Assembly (NCBI GenBank): GCA_002269645.1
Contig: NIVC01000909.1
Span: 1-64,000, forward strand
DNA from: Macrostomum lignano
Lineage: Eukaryota
Reading direction: 5' to 3'
DNA length: 64,000 nt
Each line of letters opens with the position of its first letter. Position 1 is the first letter of the stretch. The notes under the pieces were generated by a model. That model worked only from the letters and a program-made list of their open reading frames with translations. It ran no database searches and was not told where the DNA came from. Positions 13,515 to 25,115 of the stretch are shown piece after piece. A program made the translations under genes and the position numbers.

Positions 13515-15850
13515 GTATGAAACATTCGCCGACACTTATTCAGACACTTCTACAGACACTTTATTTTCTGTCGTACGGTTAGGAACAAGCATTAAATTTG
13601 TCTAGGACACTTCCTAATTCATATTTAATGAAATAAAGCAGTCCATGCATAGTTTTAATTTTGCAATTTTGTTTTTGTGCACTCGTTCCAGACTTTCAAA
13701 TTATGGCTTTTATCGCGTAGTGTGCGTGCATGCATCGTGTACAACGATTAGCTGCAGCGTGCTAAATAGTTCAATTAGGTATTAAAAGCGTACAAGGAGA
13801 CGAACCTGAAGTATTTGTACATTTTAGTTGAAGTTTAAAGTTCAAGCTTTTAGTGAATCATTGGAAAATAAAACTATCCGTTTTAAATCGTGCAACATAT
13901 TGTTTTGTCTCGGACATTTGTGACACTGTCACTTAGGGTTGCAAGGTTTTTTAAAAGAGAAACTGTTGCTTTTCCAATGCTGAAGTATTTGTGTTGTATG
14001 GATCAGGGTTTTTCGTCAAAATTTGGATGCATGTATACATCTAAACATATAAAAATGATCAAGGTTGAAGATTACCCTATGGTATAACTGTTTTCTCCAT
14101 TTTACTATTTCAAAGTGCCCACGTGAAGTTAGATTTAGCATGCCAGCCTTAAAAAATAAAAAAATCTACATAGTGTAGAATTGTATACTCCTTTATTTAG
14201 GGCTATATTATATTCCCAATATATTTGCTTAGATAAATCGAAAAGTATTTACTTTACTTGAAAAAAATAATGTTCACTACAAATATTTCAATGTAGAAAC
14301 CAGGAAACATAAACCTATCAAGTGTTATATAGAAATGAAGGATAAAGATATGGATAGAATATAATAAAGCCATTGTGGGCATTAAATATAAAACAAAAGA
14401 ATCACTTAAGGCAAAATTTGAAAAAAGTGAATTTTTGGCATGCTCCAAGAAAAAAGGCTTATAATTTGAAATATTTTTGCTTTTGTTTGACAAAAAATAT
14501 GTATAAGGCCTAGATTTATACTTTTGGGCAAGGTTTATTTTCTCTTAAAATTCTAATTGTAAATTTGCCAGTAAGCTTAAAAATTGTTGTAAGTTGAAGC
14601 TCAAATAAAATTAGTCTTAACTCCAATCTGACTTTCCAAAGTAAATCCCTAAATTATTTGTTACAATTGCTTTAAAAACTTGCCATTTCATTTATTCATT
14701 AATCATAATTTTGTTCTACAAACTGATACCTATAGAAGGTTTTTAGTTTTTAAGAAATCTGGTAACTAGTGTCAGAGAAATATGTTTATGTAGGTTTTAT
14801 ATATATATCAACCTTATATATAAAAAAGGTTGCACACTGAGATTTAAATACAGCTTCTAACATGTGTGTCCAGAGGTGAGATTGTGGCCAACTGCACACC
14901 AATAGCATACCAACTCTATACCAAATCCATACTGACATGCCAACTGTATACCAACTGTATACCAACTGTATACAAACACCATATCAACTCCATACCAACT
15001 GCATACCAACCCCATACCAATATGCCAACTGCATACCAACTCCATACCAATATGCCAACTGCATACCAACTCCATACCAACTGCATACCAACTCCATACC
15101 AACATGCCAACTGCATACCAACTCCATACCAACTATATTCCAACATGCCAACTGTATACCAACACCATACCAACTGTATGCCAACTGCATACCAACTCCA
15201 TACCAACTCCATACCAACATGCCAACTGCATACCAACTCCATACCAACTGCATGCCAACTGCATACCAACTACATACCAACATGCCAACTGCATGCCAAC
15301 TACATACCAACATGCCAACTGCATACCAACACCATACCAACTGCATGCCAACTGCATACCAACTCCATACCAACATGCCAACTGCATACCAACTCCATAC
15401 CAACTGCATACCAACTCCATACCAACATGCCAACTGCATACCAACTCCATACCAACATGCCAACTGCATACCAACACCATACCAACTGCATACCAACTCC
15501 ATACCAACATGCCAACTGCATACCAACTCCATACCAACTATATTCCAACATGCCAACTGTATACCAACACCATACCAACATGCCAACTGCATACCAACAC
15601 CATACCAACTGCATACCAACTGCATACCAACTCCATACCAACATGCCAACTGCATACCAACTCCATACCAACTGCATACCAACTCCATACCAACTATATT
15701 CCAATATGCCAACTGTATACCAACACCATACCAACTGTATGCCAACTGCATACCAACTCCATACCAACATGCCACTGCATACCAACTACATACCAACTAT
15801 ACCAACTGTATACCAACACCATACCAACTCCATACCAACTCCATACCAAG
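13515..15850 (+). repeat. Left TIR: ~1.4-kb unique AT-rich outer part plus inner (ATACCAACT[C/G]C / ATACCAACATGCCAACTGC)-type satellite
   Basis: Reverse complement of 21865-23913. The mirrored ORF-track entries (13890..14087 vs 23341..23538; 14254..14493 vs 22935..23174) are identical. Confidence 0.92.
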
Positions 15851-15990
15851 AATGTTAAATTGCGAGACTCGTAGGAACTTTTAGGTTCTCTTTTTGTACA
15901 ACTCTTGGGATACTTCTGCCATGTTGCCATCTTTCCTGACTCTTTTGATGACTAAAATCGCACTCTTCCATATTCCTGGACCAGTTATAA

Positions 15991-17037
15991 CAAGGCCCAC
16001 CGGATGCTGTTCTGCCTTGTGTAGGTGCGGTCCTACCATGCCCTTCTCTTCCTGTCATTGTGACGTTCAACAACAGCGATGAACTATCGATTCAGTCGGT
16101 TTGTCAGAGGCTTTGCGTTTGCACACGTTCATTTAATCATTCTAATATCCGTGTGCGAGACGGATTTCGTAGGTGCGGACGTGATCGAGTGTCTGTTGTC
16201 CAATTAATAACCGATCCTAGCAAGGTTGCATTTTTGCACGGTGTATATGGTTGTGGAAACAAAGGCCACCGTGGTAATGGCATTGCTTGGCTGCAGCGTG
16301 TAACTAAGCCACATCTGACGCAGTCAGTTGTCCTACGTCGAGAGGTTCCGGGTCACCATTTTCAAAGTTCAAAGCGACTGCGGAAGCAAGTTTTGCAGAG
16401 CTTTCGGCTCCTTATTTCTTCATGTGATGTGTCTGTTCTTCGTTCTCTGCTCGTTGTCTCGCGCGGCTTCAGTCAGCTACAATCGACTGTGCACCGTCGG
16501 CGTTTCATGCAGCGGCGATCACGCCCAACTGATGAGGAGCAGCGGCAGCACGCGCTGCAAGACGAGCAGCGGCATCTCGAGCTGGATGAACAGCGGCATC
16601 CGCAGATACAGGACGGCCAACGGCAACTCGCACTGCAGGAGCCGCGGCAGCTCGAGCTGGATGAACAGCGGCATCCGCAGATACAGGACGGCCAACGGCA
16701 ACTCGCACTGCAAGAGGAGCAGCGGCAGCTCGAGCTGGATGAACAGCGGCATCCGCAGATACAGGACGGCCAACGGCAACTCGCACTGCAAGAGGAGCAG
16801 CGGCAGCTCGAGCTGGATGAACAGCGGCATCCGCAGATACAGGACGGCCAACGGCAACTCGCACTGCCAGAGGAGCAGCGGCAGCTCGAGCTGGATGAAC
16901 AGCGGCAGTCCCAACAGTACGAGTGTCCCGCTCTTGGACCACTAAAACCAATGCGTCGGAGATCGCAGAGGCCCCAGAGATCTTTAAGGTCGGTCCAACC
17001 AGCGATGTCATTGCGCTCGCGAACGAGGCATGAGTAA
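15991..17037 (+). CDS. Unknown ORF inside the transposon with ~4 copies of a 78-bp (26-aa) E/Q/R-rich repeat
   Basis: The frame is open for ~350 codons from 15991, including ~170 non-repetitive codons. The repeat unit is QEEQRQLELDEQRHPQIQDGQRQLAL. There is no clear ATG and no recognised domain. Confidence 0.4.
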   Translation, partial: QGPPDAVLPCVGAVLPCPSLPVIVTFNNSDELSIQSVCQRLCVCTRSFNHSNIRVRDGFRRCGRDRVSVVQLITDPSKVAFLHGVYGCGNKGHRGNGIAWLQRVTKPHLTQSVVLRREVPGHHFQSSKRLRKQVLQSFRLLISSCDVSVLRSLLVVSRGFSQLQSTVHRRRFMQRRSRPTDEEQRQHALQDEQRHLELDEQRHPQIQDGQRQLALQEPRQLELDEQRHPQIQDGQRQLALQEEQRQLELDEQRHPQIQDGQRQLALQEEQRQLELDEQRHPQIQDGQRQLALPEEQRQLELDEQRQSQQYECPALGPLKPMRRRSQRPQRSLRSVQPAMSLRSRTRHE

Positions 17038-17884
17038 CAGACTAGGATGATGCGTGACGGAATATCGGATGCGTGTCTGTCCAGTTTGCGAGTTTGTTAT
17101 GCGAGTTTGCCAGCTTCTTTTGCGCGAAAATAAGAACGCTGGTATTCGAGCATTAAACAAAGTCATACCGTTCGTATAGCTTATTGGCTTATCTATTGTA
17201 CCATGCAACAATTTTCATTGCAACAAAGTATGTAGTTGAATGACTTCAGCGTAGTAGTAACTATGAGACAAGTATCTTATGTGGTTTTTAATCTATACTT
17301 CCTTGAACGATTAATTGTAGTTTATACTTATATTTGAACAGTTTCATTTCCTTTACCCGTATTAGTTGTCAGTCCTTGTGTTGAAATAAATTCTTTCGGA
17401 TAAATAAAGCAAAGGAATGTTTCATGGCACGTATTTTGTTGATTGGAACAATTTTTTCTTTTGTGACATTTATTGGCCTAAGTGATAAGTGACAGGTGTA
17501 CAGGTTTTACAGGCCAAAAACAATTACGATTATACTCAAATGGAGAGTATTTAGCTGCAAGAAAAGAGTATATAGTTGACACTATAAGTTTTAGAACTCA
17601 CGTTGTCCAAACGGTTTACTAACGGCGTTTAGTCCCAGCTTTTAGCGCATACAGAAAAATAGAGAATTAAAATGGCGGTAAACTATAAAATGCAAATCCG
17701 TACATGTATATATGTAGACCTTTTCAACACAGTTAAAAGTTTTTGTTATAAATACATTACACAGCACTATCATCAGTTATGAATTTATACTTTCAACGGC
17801 ATGAGACCATTACAAACACGAATAAACTCAAGAAAATAAGTAAACCGTCCACATTATGTTAATAACACGGAGATCACCAGCACG

Positions 17885-19359
17885 TTAGCCGTAAAAAAGA
17901 GCGCAGCAGTTTCGCTTCACGTCATTGAATGCCGCTGACAAAGATACTTTTCGTACAGTTAAATCACTGACACAGTAGCTAGTGCGGCCACAGAATACGT
18001 ATGCAATATAGTGACCACTATTCACGCGACTACCAATGTGAACGATGGCTGCACGAAGCTTGTAGCTTCTGCCACTCAAAGTAAGCTTCATTTCGATGGG
18101 TACAACTTTAGTGTTCTTCTCGAATAGTACAGTTTGTCCCTTTCTGCGCTTGACAGAGACTCGGCTAATTCCCATGCATATGTGCTCCGACGTTGTTGCA
18201 AGTGTTTGTGCATAGCTGCACCCCCCGACGTCGCAAGTCGGACAACGGATGTCGGTGTGGTCTTGAGTAGAAAACAGTGACTGTCTAATGAGTGCCGGGA
18301 AATCAAGCGAGTCGTCGTGATCAGGAATTGATAAACGTAGAATAGTTGCCGTGTCTCTAGGTAGCAGTCGTGTCACTTTGAAACAGGCGGAACAACTCAA
18401 AGTTGTAGAAATCTACGAAATAAAAAAGATGGATAGGAACAGTACTCATGGTGCAACTGTGAAGACCAACACACAGTGGAAGCGCGATTGAAAGGTATTC
18501 TTTGCCTTCCAGCAAAGTATATACTGTCTTCGAAGGTAACTTACAAATAAATTTAGATTCAGGATGCAGGCTTAAATCACTTTACTAAAACGCATTTAAA
18601 TAGTCATAAACTTAATAAACCGTTCACCCTTACCTCGCAGCTGAATCGCAGTTTGAGCTCAGAAAGAAACAGCATTCCGGTCAGAAACTCTAAGGCACAG
18701 TTTTGTGCCATAGGATCCATATGAAATGCTTTACTGCACCACTAAAACGCGGCTGAATGCAGCAACAGAACGTCTTTGCCTGTCATTAGGCAGTTAAGGA
18801 ACAGCGCAAGTGGTGAATCTGCATCACACGATAGTGCGCTCGTTAATGTTGCAACCAAGCATTGACTGGCGGCATTGAAAGCACAATACGTGCCCGTCGG
18901 ATTCGGTAGCCCCTCTGGCGACCGTGGCGATAGTGCAGGAAATGACACTGCAGTGTCGGCGCGTCCTAATAAAATTGGCGGTTAGGAACGAATTTACCAT
19001 CAAAATGTCCCAGTGAACAGCCCAGTCACATCCATTTAACAACAAAAAATGGCGCCTCGACGTAAGCAAAAGAAACGAAACTTAAAAGTACAAATACTTA
19101 TGGAAAGCAACATGTTGAATGCTAATTCATGGAAATTAGTAAAACTTAAAAGGGCATAATCGGTGACACGAAAAGCAAAAAAATGATAGAATCATAAACT
19201 TTAGATCTCTAATCAGAGAACAATCACGTAACAGAAACGTGCATCATACGGAACATGTTGGATTGTGCAATATAAATACCTGTGCCAGTCGAGACGGAGG
19301 AGGCCTACAAAGAGAGTTGATTGATAAGGTTGCACCTTACCCACAAGTTGCTGAGACAT
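17885..19359 (-). CDS. Ubiquitin-specific protease (USP, peptidase C19) cargo gene; exons 19359-19341 (tentative), 18965-18634, 18412-17885; in-frame TAG at 18744-18742
   Basis: Cys box GLPNPTGTYCAFNAASQCL, Q-box-like AQNCALEFL, two CxxC pairs (CSAC, CPTC), His box YKLRAAIVHIGSRVNSGHYIAYV, Asp motif SDLTVRKV and C-terminal ALFY. The intron GAG|gtaagg...tttcgtag|ATT is phase 0. Confidence 0.85.
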
Positions 19360-19919
19360 GGCACATACATTACTACGACAGATCTAGTGGGAGACGCAAA
19401 TTGTGGCGGAGTGAGTGTACGGCGCATACACAATACGTAAACCAATACAAGGGTTGACTGAAGGTATTTCTAAACTGAAAAAATGCAATTTCATCACTCA
19501 CAATTTGCTCATCTGGTAGGCTGTGACAGGTGGTATTCTGTGCTGTTGGTGCAGGTGAAATGCCCGAGCGAGACCCACTTGCAGCAGGCGCAGCTAGTGT
19601 ACAGGTCGTGGGTGCAATAGCAGGCCGAACCTGGACAATGACGGGCTGGCTGCCCGAGCGAGACCCACTTGCAGCAGGCGCAGCTAGAGTACAGGTCGTG
19701 GGTGCAATAGCAGGCCGAACCTGGACAATGACGGGCTGGCTGCCCAAGCGAGACCCACTTGCAGCAGGCGCAGCTAGAGTACAGGTCGTGGGTGCAACGG
19801 CTGGCGGAATTGATAATGCCGATTGAATGAAGCTGGTTCTTCGTCTTTTTGAGGCTCCTGACCTTTTTCAGGGATCTCCAGGTGGGTTTAACGGAGCATC
19901 AAAGCCACATTTGCGTCCT

Positions 19920-21701
19920 CTAGCACGCTTTGGGGGGGCGAATTGGATGTTGCTCGTGCTGCAACCGCTTCAGTTGCAGTTTTACGGTTGTTAGTTGCGC
20001 ACGGACAAATCTTGGTAACCTGAGCCGAGAACTTGGAGAAGGCAGTGCTTCGCTTTTGCACCAGCTGAACCATGATTCAACAGCGGCGTTGGTCACGTGT
20101 GCGCTACGATTTCCTCCAAACACTGCCACACTCCAAAGAGGAAACAGTGGCATCCACTTTCGCAATACAACCTGAACAGCCTGAGGGTAGAAAAGATTGT
20201 TCAGCACGCCATTGCCATCGCTTGCTGTCACTTCGCTTGTCAAATCGTTGAAGTACTTCGCAAAAGGTGATGAGGCTCGTAGTCCAGTCTCCAATTCAGC
20301 CAATGCGACGTCTTCTTGCACTGCATTTGAGACATTAGCAGAATCTTCAGCCACTTGGTTTTCATCAGGAATCTCCAACGAACTGAAGTCGAACCTACCA
20401 TGTAGAATTTGTAAAGCCTTCAAAGTGGCAGGATTTACCCGCCTGGAGGTAAACACCTCGACCATTGCCTTCCAAACAGCTTGGGCGCAACGCAAAGTTT
20501 TCGACGTCACTAATAGTGCAAAAGAGAGCATGAACTCGCGATAAGTAACCTTATCGATTTTATCTGGTGACTTCAAAGTCCTGGCAACAGCGCGCAGCAA
20601 ATGCGAGCTACAGATAAACACAACAGGAGATTCAGGTGGCTTCAGATCAGCACTCCGAAGTCGATTGTACTGTACACGCAGGTAGTCTGTAACACAGGTC
20701 GTGCATGCGGCTCGGAGAATACCATGAATGAAAACCCAGCTAAAGTCAGACACGTAGATTTGCGGACCTTTCTTGGGTAGTTCCCACAGTCCTATGTTGC
20801 AGTGACGAGCGAAATCTGCTAAAAAATGCATTAGCCAACTGGACACATTTTCCGAGCGCGTGACCTCCATGATGCTTTCTGATACAGCTGTTCTCTTTAT
20901 ATCCGGGGTTGCAACAACAGCACTGCACAGAAGTACAGTGCTCGGCACGTTCTGGGTCTGTCGCACAATTCCGCCGGTGGCGTCTAAGTGGAGAGGAGCA
21001 AGCTGATTGCCTTTCAGCACGTCGCGAAGCAAATCCAACTGCATGGAGGTATGGAGAATCACACTAACTGGTGCAACGTCAATCTTTTGGATATAGCCGC
21101 TAATGACTCCATCCTCGTTTATAGTCAACTTCCAGTCTTTCATTTGGAGTCTTAAATCTCTTATGTCGTCTGGAGACTTGTCGTCGGCAGCTTTTGTCCG
21201 ACTAACAGTTGTACGGACAGCAGATAGAGAGCATGCTTCGCTACCAAACAGCTCGATTGCTTTCACATAGATCTGCGTTGGCTTGGCAGCAGGGTTGGTG
21301 GCCTGAGATAAAACAAAGTTACGGCACTCTTGTGAACCTCGTTGCCACAGATAGCGATAAGAGGGACAACTTGATGGAACATCATGCCCCGAGTGCTCTG
21401 AGATTCTTTGTAGCGTCAGTGTAGAGGACTGCCCATCAGTCGGCGCCTTGTTTAAGGTGACGACGAATGCCATACTGCAACCAGAGCCTTCGGCACAGAC
21501 TAGGCGCATCCAAAGAAAACTGCAGTCCTTCCTATGGCGCTTAAATGCACGCAGTCTAACCTTATTAACTGAGAACTGACAATACTCACCATGCTGTCTT
21601 AACAGTGGATAAATGACTTGATCGAACCAAGAAGGCTTAAGTTTACAAGTTCTTGTATCAAAGTGATTCACGAAGAGATTAGTTGATATGCATGATTCCA
21701 C
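19920..21701 (-). CDS. Mutator/MULE-family DDE transposase (NOF-like), >=593 aa; 5' and 3' ends disrupted at homopolymer runs
   Basis: N-terminal C..C..H..H zinc-finger-like region (VCAEGSGC..SEHSGH), D1 LHLDATG, D2 YVSDFSW, CxxH (CSSH) and a distal E (AAVESWF), which together form the MULE catalytic signature. Confidence 0.88.
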   Translation of the reverse strand: MESCISTNLFVNHFDTRTCKLKPSWFDQVIYPLLRQHGEYCQFSVNKVRLRAFKRHRKDCSFLWMRLVCAEGSGCSMAFVVTLNKAPTDGQSSTLTLQRISEHSGHDVPSSCPSYRYLWQRGSQECRNFVLSQATNPAAKPTQIYVKAIELFGSEACSLSAVRTTVSRTKAADDKSPDDIRDLRLQMKDWKLTINEDGVISGYIQKIDVAPVSVILHTSMQLDLLRDVLKGNQLAPLHLDATGGIVRQTQNVPSTVLLCSAVVATPDIKRTAVSESIMEVTRSENVSSWLMHFLADFARHCNIGLWELPKKGPQIYVSDFSWVFIHGILRAACTTCVTDYLRVQYNRLRSADLKPPESPVVFICSSHLLRAVARTLKSPDKIDKVTYREFMLSFALLVTSKTLRCAQAVWKAMVEVFTSRRVNPATLKALQILHGRFDFSSLEIPDENQVAEDSANVSNAVQEDVALAELETGLRASSPFAKYFNDLTSEVTASDGNGVLNNLFYPQAVQVVLRKWMPLFPLWSVAVFGGNRSAHVTNAAVESWFSWCKSEALPSPSSRLRLPRFVRAQLTTVKLQLKRLQHEQHPIRPPKAC

Positions 21702-21864
21702 AAAAAACCTCCAGCAGAAAAAACTTGTGCACCAGCAGCACCTGAATGGTCACCGCTAATGGCTTCAGAAGTGTCGTTCACACTTTTCTTCGCTGCCATG
21801 CAAAGAAGCCTGAAACATGAAACAATGGTATGAATTTGCATGTTTTCGTTTAGTGTGGCATTGT

Positions 21865-23913
21865 CATGTTGGTATGTAGTTAGTATGTTGGTATGGAGTT
21901 GGTATGCAGTTGGCATGCAGTTGGTATGGAGTTGGTATGCAGTTGGCATGTTGGTATGGAGTTGGTATGGAGTTGGTATGCAGTTGGTATGGAGTTGGTA
22001 TGCAGTTGGCATGTTGGTATGGAGTTGGCATGCAGTTGGTATGGAGTTGGTATGGTGTTGGTATGCAGTTGGCATGTTGGTATGCAGTTGGTATGCAGTT
22101 GGTATGGAGTTGGTATGGTGTTACTATGCAGTTGGCATGTTGGTATGTAGTTGGTATGCAGTTGGCATGCAGTTGGTATGGAGTTGGTATGCAGTTGGCA
22201 TGTTGGTATGGAGTTGGTATGCAGTTGGTATGGAGTTGGTATGCAGTTGGCATGTTGGTATGGAGTTGGTATGCAGTTGGCATACAGTTGGTATGGTGTT
22301 GGTATACAGTTGGCATGTTGGAATATAGTTGGTATGGAGTTGGTATGCAGTTGGCATGTTGGTATGCAGTTGGCATGTTGGTATGGAGTTGGTATGCAAT
22401 TGGCATATTGGTATGGGGTTGGTATGCAGTTGGTATGGAGTTGATATGGTGTTTGTATACAGTTGGTATATAGTTGGTATACAGTTGGCATGTCAGTATA
22501 GATTTGGTATAGAGTTGGTATGCTATTGGTGTGCAGTTGGCCACAATCTCACCTCTGGACACACATGTTAGAAGCTGTATTTAAATCTCAGTGTGCAACC
22601 TTTTTTATATATAAGGTTGATATATATATAAAACCTACATAAACATATTTCTCTGACACTAGTTACCAGATTTCTTAAAAACTAAAAACCTTCTATAGGT
22701 ATCAGTTTGTAGAACAAAATTATGATTAATGAATAAATGAAATGGCAAGTTTTTAAAGCAATTGTAACAAATAATTTAGGGATTTACTTTGGAAAGTCAG
22801 ATTGGAGTTAAGACTAATTTTATTTGAGCTTCAACTTACAACAATTTTTAAGCTTACTGGCAAATTTACAATTAGAATTTTAAGAGAAAATAAACCTTGC
22901 CCAAAAGTATAAATCTAGGCCTTATACATATTTTTTGTCAAACAAAAGCAAAAATATTTCAAATTATAAGCCTTTTTTCTTGGAGCATGCCAAAAATTCA
23001 CTTTTTTCAAATTTTGCCTTAAGTGATTCTTTTGTTTTATATTTAATGCCCACAATGGCTTTATTATATTCTATCCATATCTTTATCCTTCATTTCTATA
23101 TAACACTTGATAGGTTTATGTTTCCTGGTTTCTACATTGAAATATTTGTAGTGAACATTATTTTTTTCAAGTAAAGTAAATACTTTTCGATTTATCTAAG
23201 CAAATATATTGGGAATATAATATAGCCCTAAATAAAGGAGTATACAATTCTACACTATGTAGATTTTTTTATTTTTTAAGGCTGGCATGCTAAATCTAAC
23301 TTCACGTGGGCACTTTGAAATAGTAAAATGGAGAAAACAGTTATACCATAGGGTAATCTTCAACCTTGATCATTTTTATATGTTTAGATGTATACATGCA
23401 TCCAAATTTTGACGAAAAACCCTGATCCATACAACACAAATACTTCAGCATTGGAAAAGCAACAGTTTCTCTTTTAAAAAACCTTGCAACCCTAAGTGAC
23501 AGTGTCACAAATGTCCGAGACAAAACAATATGTTGCACGATTTAAAACGGATAGTTTTATTTTCCAATGATTCACTAAAAGCTTGAACTTTTAACTTCAA
23601 CTAAAATGTACAAATACTTCAGGTTCGTCTCCTTGTACGCTTTTAATACCTAATTGAACTATTTAGCACGCTGCAGCTAATCGTTGTACACGATGCATGC
23701 ACGCACACTACGCGATAAAAGCCATAATTTGAAAGTCTGGAACGAGTGCACAAAAACAAAATTGCAAAATTAAAACTATGCATGGACTGCTTTATTTCAT
23801 TAAATATGAATTAGGAAGTGTCCTAGACAAATTTAATGCTTGTTCCTAACCGTACGACAGAAAATAAAGTGTCTGTAGAAGTGTCTGAATAAGTGTCGGC
23901 GAATGTTTCATAC
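21865..23913 (-). repeat. Right TIR: shorter inner satellite plus ~1.4-kb unique outer part
   Basis: Reverse complement of the left TIR. The satellite tract is ~0.65 kb here vs ~0.95 kb on the left. Confidence 0.92.
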
Positions 23914-24860
23914 ATTTGTTTTACATGTCTTGGAAGTTATATTTTAACAAATGTTTGCACATAAAGTAAAAACAACTTTACGTTTTTATTTTTATCTTAA
24001 AGAAAGTAAAAGCATATTTTTTGTACCTAACTAAAAATATTTTTTTTAGTAGCATAAACACACTATTTTGTTTTTCCTTGTGGTTCAAATATTGAAAAAG
24101 TAATAATTATTTTCTTGGAATTTAATAACGCTTTTTGTTTCTGTGTTTAATTAAAGCAATCTTAATCAAAATGTTAGCACGTGTATTAGTTTTATTCTTT
24201 GCTGTAAAAAATGAAATTAAATCATCATTATGCTTAGATGTAAAGTTAGAACAACAATTAAAATCAAATTATCTGGCACCAAACAATAACTGAGACCCCT
24301 CTAGAGTCTAGATTCTTGATTTTAATTCTGGAATTAAAATGACACTTTACAATGACACTAAACAATAACTGAGACCCCTCTAGAGTAGTCTAGATTCTGT
24401 AATTTCAATATTGACATTGTTTCAAAGGCTTTTCTACAATTCAGCTTACCTATTTTTACCTGGATGCAGGCAAATTCAGTGACAGAAATTGATTTCAGAC
24501 AAATTTGGCAGAAGCAAATTAAGCAAAAATATATTTTCTAGGCTAGGCAAATTACTAATTAGATAGCCTAGCAATGAGCAACCCAGCAATTCTATATAGG
24601 CCTAGGACTAACCTAAATTTAATTTTTAAAGCAATTTTTAAAACTCCTTAAATGCTCATGAAAGTGTGAAACTTAATAAAAAATTTGATTCTCCAAAAAT
24701 TTGCTTTGCATTTCTGTACAATTTCTTACTATCTAGATTGCCTAGTAGGGCCTATTTCAAGTTTATGTAAGACTAGGCCTAGGCCTAAGAGTTTAGTGGC
24801 TAGTTTTAATCTTAAGGCATCTCTTTGCCATAGAAAATCTAAATGTATTATATATATATA

Positions 24861-25115
24861 TGGGCGCATGACTAAGACCGCCACACACCAAGACCACCAC
24901 AGCTATTACTGGCTACTGGTATTGAGGGGGGGCTACCAATCTTAATCTTCTAGCAAAAGCATTGCTTTTCCTCTCATAGGTTCTTTTCTTGCTGCTGGCT
25001 CTCCTACCCACTCATCTCCTCTCTAGCACCATCTAATAACACATAAATTCAAATTTCTCCTTTAGCTCTCCAAGTGTGGCGGTCTTGGTGTGTGGCGGTC
25101 TTGGTCCGCTACATA
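24861..25115. mobile_element. Small putative MITE with imperfect inverted ends in a (TA)n context
   Basis: aagaccgccacacaccaagaccaccac (~24872) is inverted relative to gtggcggtcttggtgtgtggcggtctt (~25076), and both ends are flanked by TATATA. Confidence 0.45.

Larger units (their letters stand above)
13514..23914 (-). mobile_element. ~10.4-kb Mutator-like (MULE)/Foldback-NOF-type DNA transposon carrying a USP deubiquitinase
   Basis: Long inverted repeats: 13515 pairs with 23913, the coordinate sum 37428 holds over ~1.4 kb, and only scattered mismatches were seen. An 11-bp direct repeat TTTGTTTTACA flanks it (13503-13513 and 23915-23925). It contains a DDE transposase. Confidence 0.9.

Noticed and set aside
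14857-15884. Many long ORFs (MPTAYQLHTN..., MVWSWYAVG...) here and at 21840-22571
   Set aside because: They are translations of the stop-poor TIR satellite in several frames, not genes.
18742-19870. Stop-codon reassignment or readthrough to explain the TAG and TGA in the transposon
   Set aside because: Host genes in the window end in TAA and TGA normally and show no internal TAG codons. Mutation, a micro-intron or sequencing error is simpler.
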